From the NCBI GenBank assembly GCA_976551045.1, contig CDPCPM010000060.1, positions 3,472,001 through 3,536,000 on the forward strand: a DNA stretch of 64,000 bases. Direction: 5' to 3'. Shown here piece by piece: positions 1-12,589 of the stretch (position 1 is its first letter; each line of letters starts with the position of its first letter). This DNA comes from Glaucostegus cemiculus. Its lineage: Eukaryota. Both the position numbers and the translations under genes were made by a program. The notes under the pieces are model-generated. The model was not told the origin of the DNA, made no database searches, and saw only the letters and a list, made by a program, of their open reading frames with translations.

Positions 1-300
1 CCAGAGAATTCATGGAAATGGAGTGGAAGCAAATAATCCTTGGTCCTGAAGCACCACCTCAAAAGAAAAGAGAGGGATCAAATGAGCAGAAGATGCATCT
101 CTTGGATACAATAAACTTCGAGTGGGCACAGGAGTCGACTATGCAGGTTTGGACTAGAGCAGGAGAGGAGAGTGGGCAGAAGAGGTTTGGTTTTGTATGT
201 TAGGGCAAAGTGGGAAGAGGCAGAGATGGCGAAGTAGATGGTTCACAAGCAACTGAACTTGTTGGATGACTGGGGAGGAGACAGTAGTGAGGGTTTGCAG
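1..300 (-). mobile_element. Old LINE fragment, probably L2-like
   Basis: Purine-rich, degenerate coding-like stretch resembling antisense L2 remnants. No diagnostic motif is readable. Confidence 0.3.
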
Positions 301-2115
301 TAGATTTCAAAACCCTGCAACATTTTACATTCTAAGAGGATCTTGTAATCTTTGCTTTTAATAATCATTATCATGATTTGCTCCCTTTAAGATTGTTTAA
401 ACTCAACCCATGTGTCCACAGATGGCAATTATTTGCTAGGCTCGCAGCTGTCATGCCACTCACATGCTGACTCACAGGAAGTGGGTCAGGGTTTTTCAAG
501 AAATCACTCAATGGCATTTGGGTCTCTGAATGCGACACCCCATTCTTCCAAGCACACCCCCCTCCACCCCAGTAAGCCTCCGCAGTCAGCTGCAACATTG
601 GGTTCACACCTCAAGTGAGTCACAGTTACCAGTTTACAGTCTTCTTGACCTTTAAGAAAGGATGCCAGCACTGATTTTGGTTTAATAAAAATTACAGGGT
701 GTGCTTTTAAGCATATAAAAGTTATCTTAGGAAGGAATACTTAAATGTACACATACTTCACTGCTTCCAGCATGATGTATGTCTTGTGACTTACTTATGA
801 AGGTCATTGGTCATGACCTTTCAGTCAAATTTTTGTCATTAAGTAATTAACTTGAAGTGCACATATTTATGACATCATTACATGTGGGAAATTAAACCTA
901 CGTTGTCATGAATTCCAACAAGAATGCCTACTCAATTACCCAATGGTGAGCTATCAACAGGAAGTTGGTGCAAGCTCTTCAAAATGGGTGCAGAATGCTT
1001 TTAAAGCACAATTTATGCATGAAACAAAGGTAAAAATGTGTCCAATTTCTAAACATATGTGTCTGAGGGCCTGATCAGTTTCAGTGGTGTATAATGTGAG
1101 AGGAAGATAGCTGCAGTACCATTGGTACTAAAGTGGTACGTTATTGACCTCATGGAGAAAGGGTATCAAACAGAATTTAAAATGCTAAGAGCTTCCAAGG
1201 ATAATAAAATAAATCATATTTTCAGGGCCAAAATGGACCATTCTTGTTCCTGTTATTTCCATGTTTGGTGATATCTCATTGCTTCCAGTTGGATACCATG
1301 CAGGGGATCCTTTGAATATTTTGACATTTGTAATAAAGTATCTAGCTAGTGCCAGACTGATCACATGCAGTGCTGAAGAAACCAACCTAACCATTAGAAT
1401 TAAGTTCCCCCAGAGTTCACTACAGGGGAAGATGAAAATTGCTCCCATTTCTTCACAAGAAGTAGCAGAGCCAATCATGGGGAATAAATGGAGCCAGGGA
1501 AAATCATCAACACTTGGTGAGAAGGACAAAGATACAATGTCAAAGCTCCTCAGTACTCCCGTGCCAGTATTCCCAGGGAGCATCTGTAAGGTGTGACTGA
1601 ATGAGCAGAGAGCGCAGCGATTCTCGTCTGTTAAAGAGCAGGCAGCAGATTGCTCATATTGTAAAGTTACTTGATGGTGCTCAGTTTTACTTTGTGATAG
1701 TAGAAGATGTGACTTATGTGCAAAATGACACAGTATAAACATCTCTGTCATTTGTTTGGTGATAGCTAAGTAAAGGGGAGATACGGTTCAGTGACTTTTG
1801 GTCTTTTTATAAAGTCATTTTTCCTGTTGTTTTTACACATTGTCACCGGAGTACACTTAGCAGTCTACGTTGGGCATCTGCAGTCTGAATTTTGTCTTTT
1901 TTTGCTGGGTTGTGTAAAATGTCATTTTTTAAACAATCTGGGTCTTAAAGCAAGTCAGATAAGGATTGTGCAGTGTGAAAGGTGTGAAAACCCCATGCAT
2001 TTTTTTTGGCAGGTTTCCTTCTGCTTCTTGCATTGCTTTACCACAATTTAGTTAAACAGTTAAAATGTCATTTTAAAAGTAAAAGTAATCAGTTAGAGAG
2101 AGATGTTGTATATGT

Positions 2116-2117
<2 letters not shown>

Positions 2118-2180
<63 letters not shown>
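2118..2180. repeat. (CA)n microsatellite, about 31 units
   Basis: Perfect CA run seen directly. Confidence 0.98.
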
Positions 2181-2181
<1 letters not shown>

Positions 2182-2328
2182 ATTTCTCAGCTTGTTCAGC
2201 ATCACTATCTACACTTTGAGTGACATCTTTCAACGTAGAACTATACGTGGACTTCAAACTACTCCTCAGATGGTTTGGGATTACAAAATGCTTATGAAGT
2301 CTTTCACGCCATTTCTTCACAAACTGTG

Positions 2329-2366
2329 ATGTTGTTGACACAAATTTTGATTGGAAAATTCTGCAG
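2329..2366 (+). CDS. Candidate alternative first exon A, coding part MLLTQILIGKFC+AG (phase 2); host gene unidentified, possibly SoxD/sox6; could be non-coding
   Basis: Consensus donor CAG|GTAAGT at 2366/2367. ATG at 2329 gives 12 codons + 2 nt. G-rich tract follows downstream. Confidence 0.45.
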
Positions 2367-5300
2367 GTAAGTGCATAATATGTTCATCACAGGCGTAGAA
2401 AACATAGTGCAGTTGGAAGGCAAGGAGTGTGTGTTAGCTGAGGGGTGGGGTCGGGGGGGCTGGTGGATTTCTTCCTAACAGTTGTATTTTTTCTCCAACT
2501 TTTCACATTATATTTCTCAAAGGACTGACTGTTACTAGGTTATATGGTTAACAGCTGCCCAGACAACTATTCCTCATGTGTGGGAGAGTGATATATTATC
2601 AAACTATTTGACCATTGGAGGCATCACTGTAAAACCCCTTGCATTCCTTGCCAAAGCTGACATTTGGGTACTGGTCAAGGCTAGCAAGTGTGACTAAATT
2701 TGTATCTCCTCTAACATTTAAAAAATATTTTTAAAAATACATATGCATTTTAAGTGTTACAGAAGAGATGGAATGAAACAAGTCTTTGTTGTAAATCGTG
2801 GGTGGAAGGGAGTGTGGTCCTTTTTTAATGCACCTCTCAGACTAGTTCACTTGTCCCCATTCAGCATTACTTATGGAAATAAACTGACCATGGAGTTACC
2901 GAAACCTAAACAGCTTAGCAAGAAACAGATAGGTTCAAATTGGCAACTGATTTCCTACTATGCCTGATTTCACATTTCACATTACATTATGACTTTGGTG
3001 AGCAATGCAGGTTGCTCTGAATTCTTATTCATGCTGTAGTACTTTTATCTTCCATGAATGATCAGAACTTCATTAAATGAAAGGTATGGAACATGTCTGA
3101 TAAACCCCCAATATAATTGATGTAAAATATTTTAAGCATTCTTTTCAGTGGAAAAGGGACTAACTAAACAAAATCAGTTCTGTGGCTTTTTGTGATGCCC
3201 TACTTTGATCTTACTCCTTCACAATAAACCTATGGGATTATAACATCACAAACTCTAGAACAATATCTGCACTCCAGACAGAAGGTAATCTAGACAGCTG
3301 TATCGGAACAAAATAAAATAATTTGGCCAAAACAGTTTACTTCTACCAATTTTAAGTGAATATTCAATAATTGGAGTGAACCAATATAATTAAAACAGCA
3401 AACTCTGTGTTTAAAATTGAGAATCATCAGTTCTTGATGAGGAAATGTACATTGTTTTAAGGTACAAGGTATGCTTATGAATACTAACAGAATCTCATCA
3501 GACATGTGAATCGGTTAAGCATATAAAGCAGATAATAAGGAAAGGGGATATTGTGGGTATAATCATTCAAAACAGAAATATATTTGCTGAAGTGGAGTTA
3601 AATGTACTGTTTACACAGCAATATTGTGATATTTATAGTTCTCGTCAATGACACGGTCCAGCTTTTATAAAAGAGTAAATTAAAAATCATGTGCATCAAC
3701 TGTTCACAAATGTTGATTTCCCAAGTGACTTTCAATGTTCTTTTTGTTTCTATTTGCTCTCCCTCCTTTCACCCACTTCCCTTGTTTTATTTTGTACTGG
3801 CAGAATGTAGTGCTGTGCCCTGTGTCCTTCTCTGTAGCAGTCATCAATGACCTCTCCCAGTAAAGTGACAGGGTGCAGCATCTAAGTAAGCTGAGCCTCA
3901 GTAATATATCCCCTTCAGTCAAAAAGGAACAAGCTAGCAGAAATAGAAATGTATAGATGGTCTATATCTAACCGAAGCTTTCTTTAAGTTCCTTCCCAGA
4001 TGTATCTCTTATCTTGGTATAGTAATGAAGGCCCTTACTCAGAGACTGAGAAGTAGGCATAAGCACTCTCCAGAAGGAGAGCTCCAGACTTGGTTGAAAT
4101 AATTACATCTGTCTTAATTACAACCCATTGCGCCTTAGTACTTTGCTTATTTGGATGTGGCAGTGAGTTAAAGGGTAAAGATGTTGTTACAGGTCAAACC
4201 CAAAACAAAATCCAAACCAAGTTCAATTGGACCAAATTCTGTGAATCCCTGAAGCTATGTTTTGATACTAGCCATAGATGTGGGAGTTAAAGTGCAGCAC
4301 TGTCTATAACATGAAACCTCCAACTCAGTCTTAACTGGAAGTCAGTCTAGCATGCAGTCCCTTCTGAATATTAATGGCAAAGAGATTGAATGGAATTTAT
4401 TAAGGTATGGTTAAAAATGATGTGAGGGGCAGTTTGAATACCCTGCATGCTGGCAGTAAAGTGATAGGACAAAAGATGTTTTGTTGTACTTGTCACAAAA
4501 TGAGAAGAGGTTTATTGGAATGCTTGAGAGAAATGTGATGGGGCAAATGAATTTTGAGTGGGCACTAACCAAAGTACAGTGACGCTGCAGGAGCCTCTGC
4601 TATTTTTAAGTGTGCAATATAAGCATTTTTAATATCAGTTTTCTTCATGATAAAATTATCTGCAGTACACGGATACAGAAATACAAAGTGATAATTGCAT
4701 TATTGTACAATTTTTTACTGTTATAAAATATAACATAAAGCTGCACATTGAAGAGTGTTTCCATTAGCATAAAGCAATTACTACAAGATGAATGAACCTA
4801 CATAGCCACTTTCACAGCTCACCATATGAGGAAATTAAAACTTGTGTTCAAAATGTTCTAAGACTTTAAGAATGAGCACAATTAAGGAAAACAGGGTTTG
4901 GTGTGCATTTCTGTGAGTAGGTTGATTCAGTGCAAAAGAGGGCATAAAAATGGCTTGTTTGTCATGTGGGTTAGTTGAGGCAGAGATAAGTAATGAGATT
5001 GGTGTACCAAATGCACTTCCCGTGGGGTAATAGATTACATCTAATTTATTTATTATTTCAACATTGGTGTTCAATACGTTCTGTCTGATGGATGATTTTT
5101 GTAATGTGCTCATGCCTAGTACTAGTATTGTGTCAGTACTGAGCTTCCATTTTCACTTGTAGATAATGCATTTATAGTACCTTTCAGGGAGTGGAATTTC
5201 CTATTACCCCATAATCATCCCTAGTAGTTCACTCAGTATTTTTCTTTTTGGGCACATAGCAGGAATTTAGAGATGACAGAAGTTTAGATAAAGTTGAAAA

Positions 5301-6134
5301 TAAGTAAGCTTCTGAAAATTGGTGAGTCATAAAAGTTAGCAAGACAACTTCTTAAAAGCTCTGTTCCTGGTTTAAATCAATCTAGCTATTCATTTGGCCA
5401 GGATGGTCCTTTTCACCATTTTCTAAATTCATCCTCATCTAAGCATTCTTAATTCTGTCGCAGCTAATGGCTGGAAGGTTGTGCTCTGTTGGTGGAATAT
5501 TCCAAAAGCTGAAAAGTGGTGAGTGATACTTGAGGGTGCAGGCCCTTATTTAGAACCAAGCAGAACCAAACTGTCAGACTGAACAGCAAAATCAGTTGTA
5601 CAGATTGCAACATTTTAATTAGAGCCTGTTTGGTTATGCTATAGGTTCTGGGAAAGCCCTGTGTCCAAGGGGTACTATCTTGGCTTCTTTTATTAGAAAA
5701 TGATAGATTGAATTTGAGAAACTCCATTAAAATCCTAGAACCAGCAACATGTATAAACTGGACAGCCTATGCCCAGAAAGGCACATGGAATGAAAAGAGA
5801 GAAATGGGAGCATCATAGCCAAGCCAGATCCAAACTTCCTGGTTTCTATGGCTTTGTATTGCATCAGACTGTACATCTAACTTACTAGGCCTCTGAGGAG
5901 TGCGTTTTGTTTATTTTTATATAAATTTTGGCTTCACATTCATTAAATTGGAAGGAGTTCAAATTCAACATTGTCAAATTTCTCCGATGGTCCTGAGATT
6001 CTGAGATGGAAGAATTGTTATTGCTCTCAGTTATACAGATGCACATTCACTCATAAACTGTTATGAGCCACTTCAGACCTCATAAAAGAAAAATAAAATA
6101 ATAAACTGGACCATTGAGCCATGGGGTTATGAGG

Positions 6135-6660
6135 TACTTGTGTTTACATAACACCTTGTCATGTTACCGAAGGTATCCCAAATGAGTTGCCTTTTTAAGC
6201 AGTTACTGTTGTTATGTAGGGAGACAAGGGCAGTCAAGTGACTGGGATATGGAGAATTATTTTACACAAAACCAGTCTTACAAATAGTAATAAGATGAAC
6301 AACAAATTGGTATAATTTTGGTTTTGGTTCTAATGATTGATCTGAAATATGAACCCCGTTTCTCTCCCAACAGATGCTGCCTGACGCTGATTATTTCCAG
6401 CTGTTTCTATTGTTATATTTTAGTGTTGGTTGAGGCAAGAATGAAAGCCTCTTCCTTTAAAATGCTGCAGCTTATCAGGAAGGGCCTCAGTTCAATACCT
6501 TATCCAAAGAATCACAACTTAGACCTGCACTTGTGTCAGCATAACCTATGTATTCCTGAGGCAGTTTTTGGATTGGATTGCTATAGACTAGAGGAACCAA
6601 TACATTCAACTCACTGTCCTTGGACTAGAAAGCTGAGAAGCAGGCAAAGTTGCTACATCT
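6135..6660 (-). mobile_element. Deu-domain SINE (SacSINE1-like), interrupted by a Penelope fragment
   Basis: Matches other copies in the window (gcagttactgttgttatgtagggagac; gggcctcagttcaataccttatccaaaga). Confidence 0.6.
6340..6420 (+). mobile_element. Penelope-like terminal repeat fragment nested in SINE
   Basis: tctctcccaacagatgctgcctgacgctgattatttccagc, the same motif as at 18680-18720 and 28365-28400. Confidence 0.65.
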
Positions 6661-8834
6661 AGTTGGTCTCGCTACTCCTTGCTGGGGAGGTTGAAGGTTG
6701 AACTATAAAAGGAAAGGAGGACTAGCTAGGCTGTGATTTCCCTTTGTGTAGTTTGCCAGTGCTTACAGTCCTATTAATACTTGAAGAATAGTCACTAACT
6801 GGGGCCTGGGGGGCAGCCAGCACTTCAGGAACCAAACTCCATTACAATTGTATGATGAGACTGGAGAGAATTAGCAATATGAAGCATAGTTGTCAATCAG
6901 AGCAAAATTTGTATACATACAAAGTTAACAAATTCAATTAATTTTTTTCCATTATATGTGGAATAAATGCAGATTTGGGAATCCATAGGGCTGTATTGCT
7001 GATAAAAGACATCCCACAACTTTTATTTTGTAATCATGGTTTGTAAAGATACCATTTATCTGATGAGGAAGCCGGAAATGAGAAAATCAAAATAATGCAT
7101 GGTACATTATTGATAGTTCCTCATGTTAAACTGAAAAAAAGCCATACTAATTGTACATATAAACTAAATGCAATCACCTGAGGAGTCTGACTGCTATTTT
7201 GTGAAAGGCAGGGGAAGAAGATGTGATAAATAGCATTCAAACCACTCATGGCATCCTTTTTGCAGGCTGTGAGTTTACATCTCCATCCTTTCAATGTTCT
7301 GCCATCCCACCACCTTTCCAAGTCCATATCCTACTGTTCACAAAACATGGTTTACGACCTCTGTTTGAGGGCTGCTCATTTCCCAGCTGGACTTGCTGCT
7401 GCTGTTCAGAGAAATAGAGGGGTGGGAAAGGATTTGGATTTGGGTTCCCTGCTTACATTGGAGAAAAGAAAGAAGAAAATAGAATTTATTTTCTTCTACA
7501 ACTCCACAAATATTTCACTAGATAAGTGGCTGACAATGCAAGGCATTACAGAAATAGGAACTATTGGCAAAAATTGTCATGTATGAGTTTATATTTGAAT
7601 AGAGTCTTACACAAGTTTAACTGATTCAATGACACTTGCAATATGTGTGTCCTGCAACTACCCATGGAATGTTCGTTAAAGATGCTTCACCATTCATGTT
7701 AGCTGTACAGTGGATAGCCATGGACAAGCTAGTGTATAGAACTTCAGTGGAACCTTGCATATATGTTTTGCTGCTTCCGGTTTTAGATTTTACTATGTTT
7801 TAGTGGTTTAAGTTTTAACTTAATAGGGTACTCTATGATAGCTACAGATTTTACAGCATCATAAGATTATACAGGTAAAAAATGATTAATCATCCATTTT
7901 GTTCTGGCAAAAACAAATTATTGATGCAAACAATGTATAAACTCTGTACATTGATTAGTGATCAATGGGGTATTGGGAATTAAATTTAAATTATCTATAT
8001 GAATGAATTATTATATAAGTGCAAATTTCATTTGTATGAAGTTGACTGACTGTATATGTTTCTGAGTGTTCATTTCCATGTGAGTGCTAATAGGCACATA
8101 AAAGCAAAGATTTTACTGTGTTATTGTATGTGAATGGGCATGATCTGAATATCGTATGGAATTGTGTTGCAGCCATAAATGGCACAGTGCAAAGTTATAT
8201 GTGAAAATTATGTGATTATGTATACATATGGTAAGGATTTGAAGGGAATGATTTTGCTGAAAAATGTGATGTCTCTGCGTATCTGCATACTTGTTTATGG
8301 AAATTTTAGTCACACCAATAGAATCTTTTATCACCATCACACTCTTACACTTCCCCAGGAATCATGTATACAATTTTAATGAAGATTTTTCTCCATTGTC
8401 ATGTTTATGGGTGTTTGCGTGTCCATCTAACAGTCTTCAGTATTAACCATAGGAGATTTAACCACATGGTGCCATGGTTAAATCCTTGCAAAATATGTAA
8501 CTTTTTAAGAAAAAGAGAATACATAATGATATAACCCTCAGTATAATACAACTACATTATTATATACACAGCAAATGTAATAGTTTTTAAACATAAAGAT
8601 TGGGTTGAGGGTAACATTTTACTTTGGTGAGGGCTTTAAATTGATGGTAGTGAATTGGCTAACCATAATACACATACCCAGTCTGGTTTTCCTTTCTATT
8701 GGAAAGAATTTGGTTCTGTGTATAACAGACAGTAAGTCTGCTTGCACTCACTTTGCCTGCTTTTCTAGATAGTTTCTATATAGATTTCTTTATGTTATGT
8801 GAAATTGTTGAGTCAATAGCAAAGATTAGCTTAT

Positions 8835-9165
8835 TGTGACATTGCTGACAGAGTGGGAAGAAATTTTCAATTAATGATCAAAGAGTTAACAAAGGGTTAA
8901 ATGTTTGTGAGATCACTGATACAGCAGTATGGCGCAACCTAGCCTGACATGGAAATAAGAAATGGGCTGTTGTGATATCACAGACTTGAAAAGAAGAAGT
9001 GGCCTGTTATGACATCACAAATATAACAATATGAAAAGGTTTTTAGTGACATCACTGGTTTGGCATAGCAACAAGGAATGGCCTAATGTGACATTGCTAC
9101 TTTGGCATACTGATTGGCCTGTTATGGAATTAATGGCTTAGCAACCATACAGCTCTTGCTATGAT
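8835..9165. repeat. Decayed ~37-42 bp minisatellite with TGGCCTGTTRTGACATCAC core
   Basis: Core copies at about 8963, 9000, 9045, 9079 and 9115. Weaker copies at 8835 and 8906. Confidence 0.6.
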
Positions 9166-10460
9166 CTGGCACTTGACCAGCTTTTATTATGTTTCTTTCT
9201 TTAACCAGCATATAATTGTGTTTTCCATGTGTACCGAGGCTTAACTACCTCTGACTATTGAACAAGTGAAGCTATGGATTGTTTTCAGTGTGAATATTAA
9301 AAAAAACATGAAGTGAGTTCTTTTTAAACTGAACTGATTTATATATCACACTGATATACCTTGGGAGGGAGGGTTTAAATATGTATGGCTAATATTTCCA
9401 CTACTCAAATGTCCAATATATGCACACTTTGAATACATTGAATGGATGATGAGAGAAAATACAAAGCCTCTCTTGAAAAGAGTATTGCTTTACATGGCTG
9501 AATTGGGTGAGTTTTATTTCATTATTCCCCCAACAATTGTGTTCTCCCTTGTAATAGCCTTGTTTTCCTTAATGGGACATGTGATATGCTTATGGATCTC
9601 TCTTGTCTCTGCCACTATTAGTAAGAATTGTCTTATGGGTACTAACAAAATTTTCCTTTTTGTTGAACAATAAAGAGGAGCATTGTATTACAAAGGCAGC
9701 TTTATGTTGTATTTGTTTTAGGTATAGCTTTCCCCTGCTTTCATTTTAGGGTGTAATTAGATCAATTTTGTGGTACACTACAAGCACTCATAACTACTAG
9801 TTTTGAATCATGTGCATCCTCTGGAGTAAAACGCCACTGTATGTGGTGTACACTTGTTTGAAGATCTTGTCTAATTTTATTATTAAAGAGACAGTGCAGT
9901 CATTCTTTCTTAGGTCTTTATAGTTAGAAAGCTGTACATCAGACCTACCAGACATTCTCTTTTGCTTACCTCATACTTGTCACACAATCCTCTCTGTGTT
10001 TCAATAGATTCAATTGAAGACGATGACACTGGTACTGCAGAATTCAGCAGGGTTCTTTATTCACAAGTGTGTTGGACCTCTTTTGTACAGTCCTTCAAAC
10101 TGAATCTCTATCTCTGTTAACACATTCAGCACTAATAGACCCCCTTTCCCAGCTTTCAGCTTGGGTTGCCTTGTCAGTTTATGTGCATCAAGTACCTAAG
10201 GATCTAAGTGACCAGACTTGCTCTGATCTTCAGAACATGTCTGCTCTCTACCAACTCAGAAAATAGCTTAAGAAACCTAAGGCTTTTTTGAGAAAAAAAC
10301 AAGTATGTATTGCAATTTTTGTTGCTGCCCCTTCAGTTCAAGTTGCTGATTCATGCTAGGATATGGTTCCATAAGGACTGGCAGTCCTCCAGTATCTGGC
10401 TCGAATGGACATTATTCATGTGTGATCCAGACGGTACGTATTTGGGGTCCATTGGATTGG

Positions 10461-10724
10461 CAAGGTTGTAATTTCTGGCTGGACATATTCTTGGAGGTTT
10501 CATGAGATGACCCTACTCCAGTTGCCTCACCCAGTCATACTGGCTTCTGATCACCTCCTTCAATATTTGTACAATTTGTCAACAAATATGTTGAAAGGAA
10601 ATGAAAAAATCATATAATACTTTAATAGTTCTAACATTTTTCTCACTAGTTGCTCACAGCTGTTTCCAGGAACTTATTTGATTCTTGGAAATGCCAAGAT
10701 AATCTTGAAGGGTTGGGAATGCTA
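10461..10724. mobile_element. Degenerate non-autonomous DNA transposon (hAT-Blackjack-like termini)
   Basis: Ends caaggttgtaatt / agggttgggaatgcta resemble TAGGGTTGCCAAC-type TIRs. A related end lies near 25109-25170. Confidence 0.35.
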
Positions 10725-10879
10725 TTGCTTTGGAAAACTGGTGGGCTGGGAGAGGAAAATTGCATCATGCACTCAAGTCTGATTAATCATAACATGATAT
10801 AGATGTATGTGAACTACTTAGCTTGGGAATCAGTGCATGTGACTGTGGATTCTTGGTTGCCACACCTTCCTTCTCCTCA

Positions 10880-11005
10880 CCAGGTGACCTGGGCCAGTTA
10901 TCGGCCTCATTGCTGATCTGGTTGAGTCGGACCAGAAATTGAACCTGGAAGTTTCCTCATCACACTGGCTCATCACTATACAATATGTTTGTCTATTGAG
11001 ACTGA
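10880..11005 (-). mobile_element. Old tRNA-derived SINE head fragment
   Basis: ccagaaattgaacctggaa is an antisense B-box-like motif. Possibly related pieces lie at about 6660-6830, 22925-23150 and 50020-50330. Confidence 0.35.
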
Positions 11006-11299
11006 TTTTTTGTTAACCCCTGCTGAATGGAAGCACAACAATTAAAAACAGATGAGTTCTCAGTTTCTCAAGTCCCAGCAATCACCATCTGTAGTTGTGC
11101 ACTGCATAATAGTGTACAAATTAGTGTGCTAATTTGTCTGTATGGCTCTGAGTTAATTTTAAGGGCTAATGTGGGGAATCTAAAATTTTCTTTCACGAGA
11201 AGCAGAAACTTCCCTCTGGGCCCCACAAAGAGAGGATTTGCCACCCCATTTCTAAAGTTTACTTCCTTGCAGCAAGACTCTCAAGAGACAATTCCTTTC

Positions 11300-11352
11300 C
11301 CCCTATGGATGCTGCTTGACCCACTGAGTTCCTCCAGCAGGTTATTGCTCTC
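11300..11352 (+). mobile_element. Penelope-like terminal repeat fragment
   Basis: ggatgctgcttgacccactgagttcctccagcag matches the family motif. Confidence 0.65.
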
Positions 11353-11384
11353 AAGAAACCCTCTGTACTGCTACGTACCATGTA

Positions 11385-11677
11385 ACCACCAGACTTAAGG
11401 ACAGCTTCTACCCCACTGTGATAAAACTGTTGAATGGTTTCCTTATACGATGAGATGGACTATGACATCACGATCTACCTTGTTGTGACCTTGCACCTTA
11501 TTGCACTGCACTTTCTCTGTAGCTGTGACATTTTACACTGTACTGTTATTGTTTTTACCTGTACTACATCAATGCACTCTGTACTGCACTGTGTAATGAA
11601 TTGACCTGTACGATCGGTATGCAAGACAAGTTTTTCACTGTACCTCTGTACAATTGACAATAATAAACCAATACCAG
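11385..11677 (+). mobile_element. Rex1/Babar-like LINE 3' end (young copy)
   Basis: Near-identical to the reverse complement of 35592-35900. Ends in an aataaaccaatacca tail. Confidence 0.85.
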
Positions 11678-12589
11678 TATTTAACTGCAAATTAATGGTT
11701 GGCCAAGCAGACCTGATCTTTACTTGCTGATCATCACAGTTTCTGTTCTTGGCAGGATGAGGGTAGGAAACCTCAACACCAACACTAGAAACCTCACACC
11801 TTCGAAACTTTCTCCATGGATATCTGGCTATCTTTAACAGTAATTTCTCTCAAACTTCTTTGAATTCCATGGACACTTAGTATGTATTCATTGGATACCA
11901 TGTTGCCAGGTGACTGAGAGATGTTCTGGCATCAGGCAGTTCTTGGTGTGATTTTCACCTTGGTGAGGTTGCTGGTGTATCAGAGGGTAACATGTCCATA
12001 GTGGAAAGTTAGCAGCAGCTTGATTAATCACTATCTGTTGAAAATGATGACAGCTCTGGAGTGGTTCTGGGGATAAAGCTACGACATGTGGAAAGCAAGT
12101 AGTTTGTGTGTTCAGATCTTAATCTGCATATGTGCTCAGAATTCTATCGTGAATTGGATGGGATAAAATTATTAGTACATGGAAATTTGAAATGTGAGCT
12201 TTAATTTTTTTTTCCAAAGCTGCTGTCTAATGTTGAATATTTCCAGTATTTTACTTGGGGGAAAAAGTTCAAATACTGATGGTGAAAGGCATAAATCACT
12301 TAACATTTTGAATGATAAATTGTATTTATTATTAAGCACTTCTATACTGCAAAAGGAAAAACAAATTGATGCTAAAGTTCTGCGCAGCATGGTTCTTCTG
12401 GTTATACCTGGAGTGCATCCATCAATGGAACTATAGTGACTTATGGGATGTGCAAAGAGACATTTAACTGCTTTTTAAAAAAATATTCACTGAAGGGATG
12501 TGGGCTTCAAAGTCTGAGCCAGAATTTAATTGCACGTCCCTTGTTGCCCTTGTGTGGTTTTAACTAGTGTTTTGTAAAGTTACAGCATA

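Noticed and set aside
1185-1751. Longest ORFs near the start (188 aa on -, 111 aa on +)
   Set aside because: No recognisable domain, no convincing splice-site pair, and overlapping antisense ORFs. Consistent with chance.
2006-2341. ORFs with poly-HT or poly-CV (also poly-ER/LS ORFs at 17108-17477 and 37730-38056)
   Set aside because: Artefacts of dinucleotide microsatellites.
8454-8483. 10-bp inverted repeat (also short palindromes near 16867-16886 and 44724-44750)
   Set aside because: Short or AT-rich, within chance expectation.
8960-9135. CRISPR-like repeat/spacer look
   Set aside because: Vertebrate context, degenerate repeats, spacers too short and related to each other, and no cas genes. 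Treated as a minisatellite.
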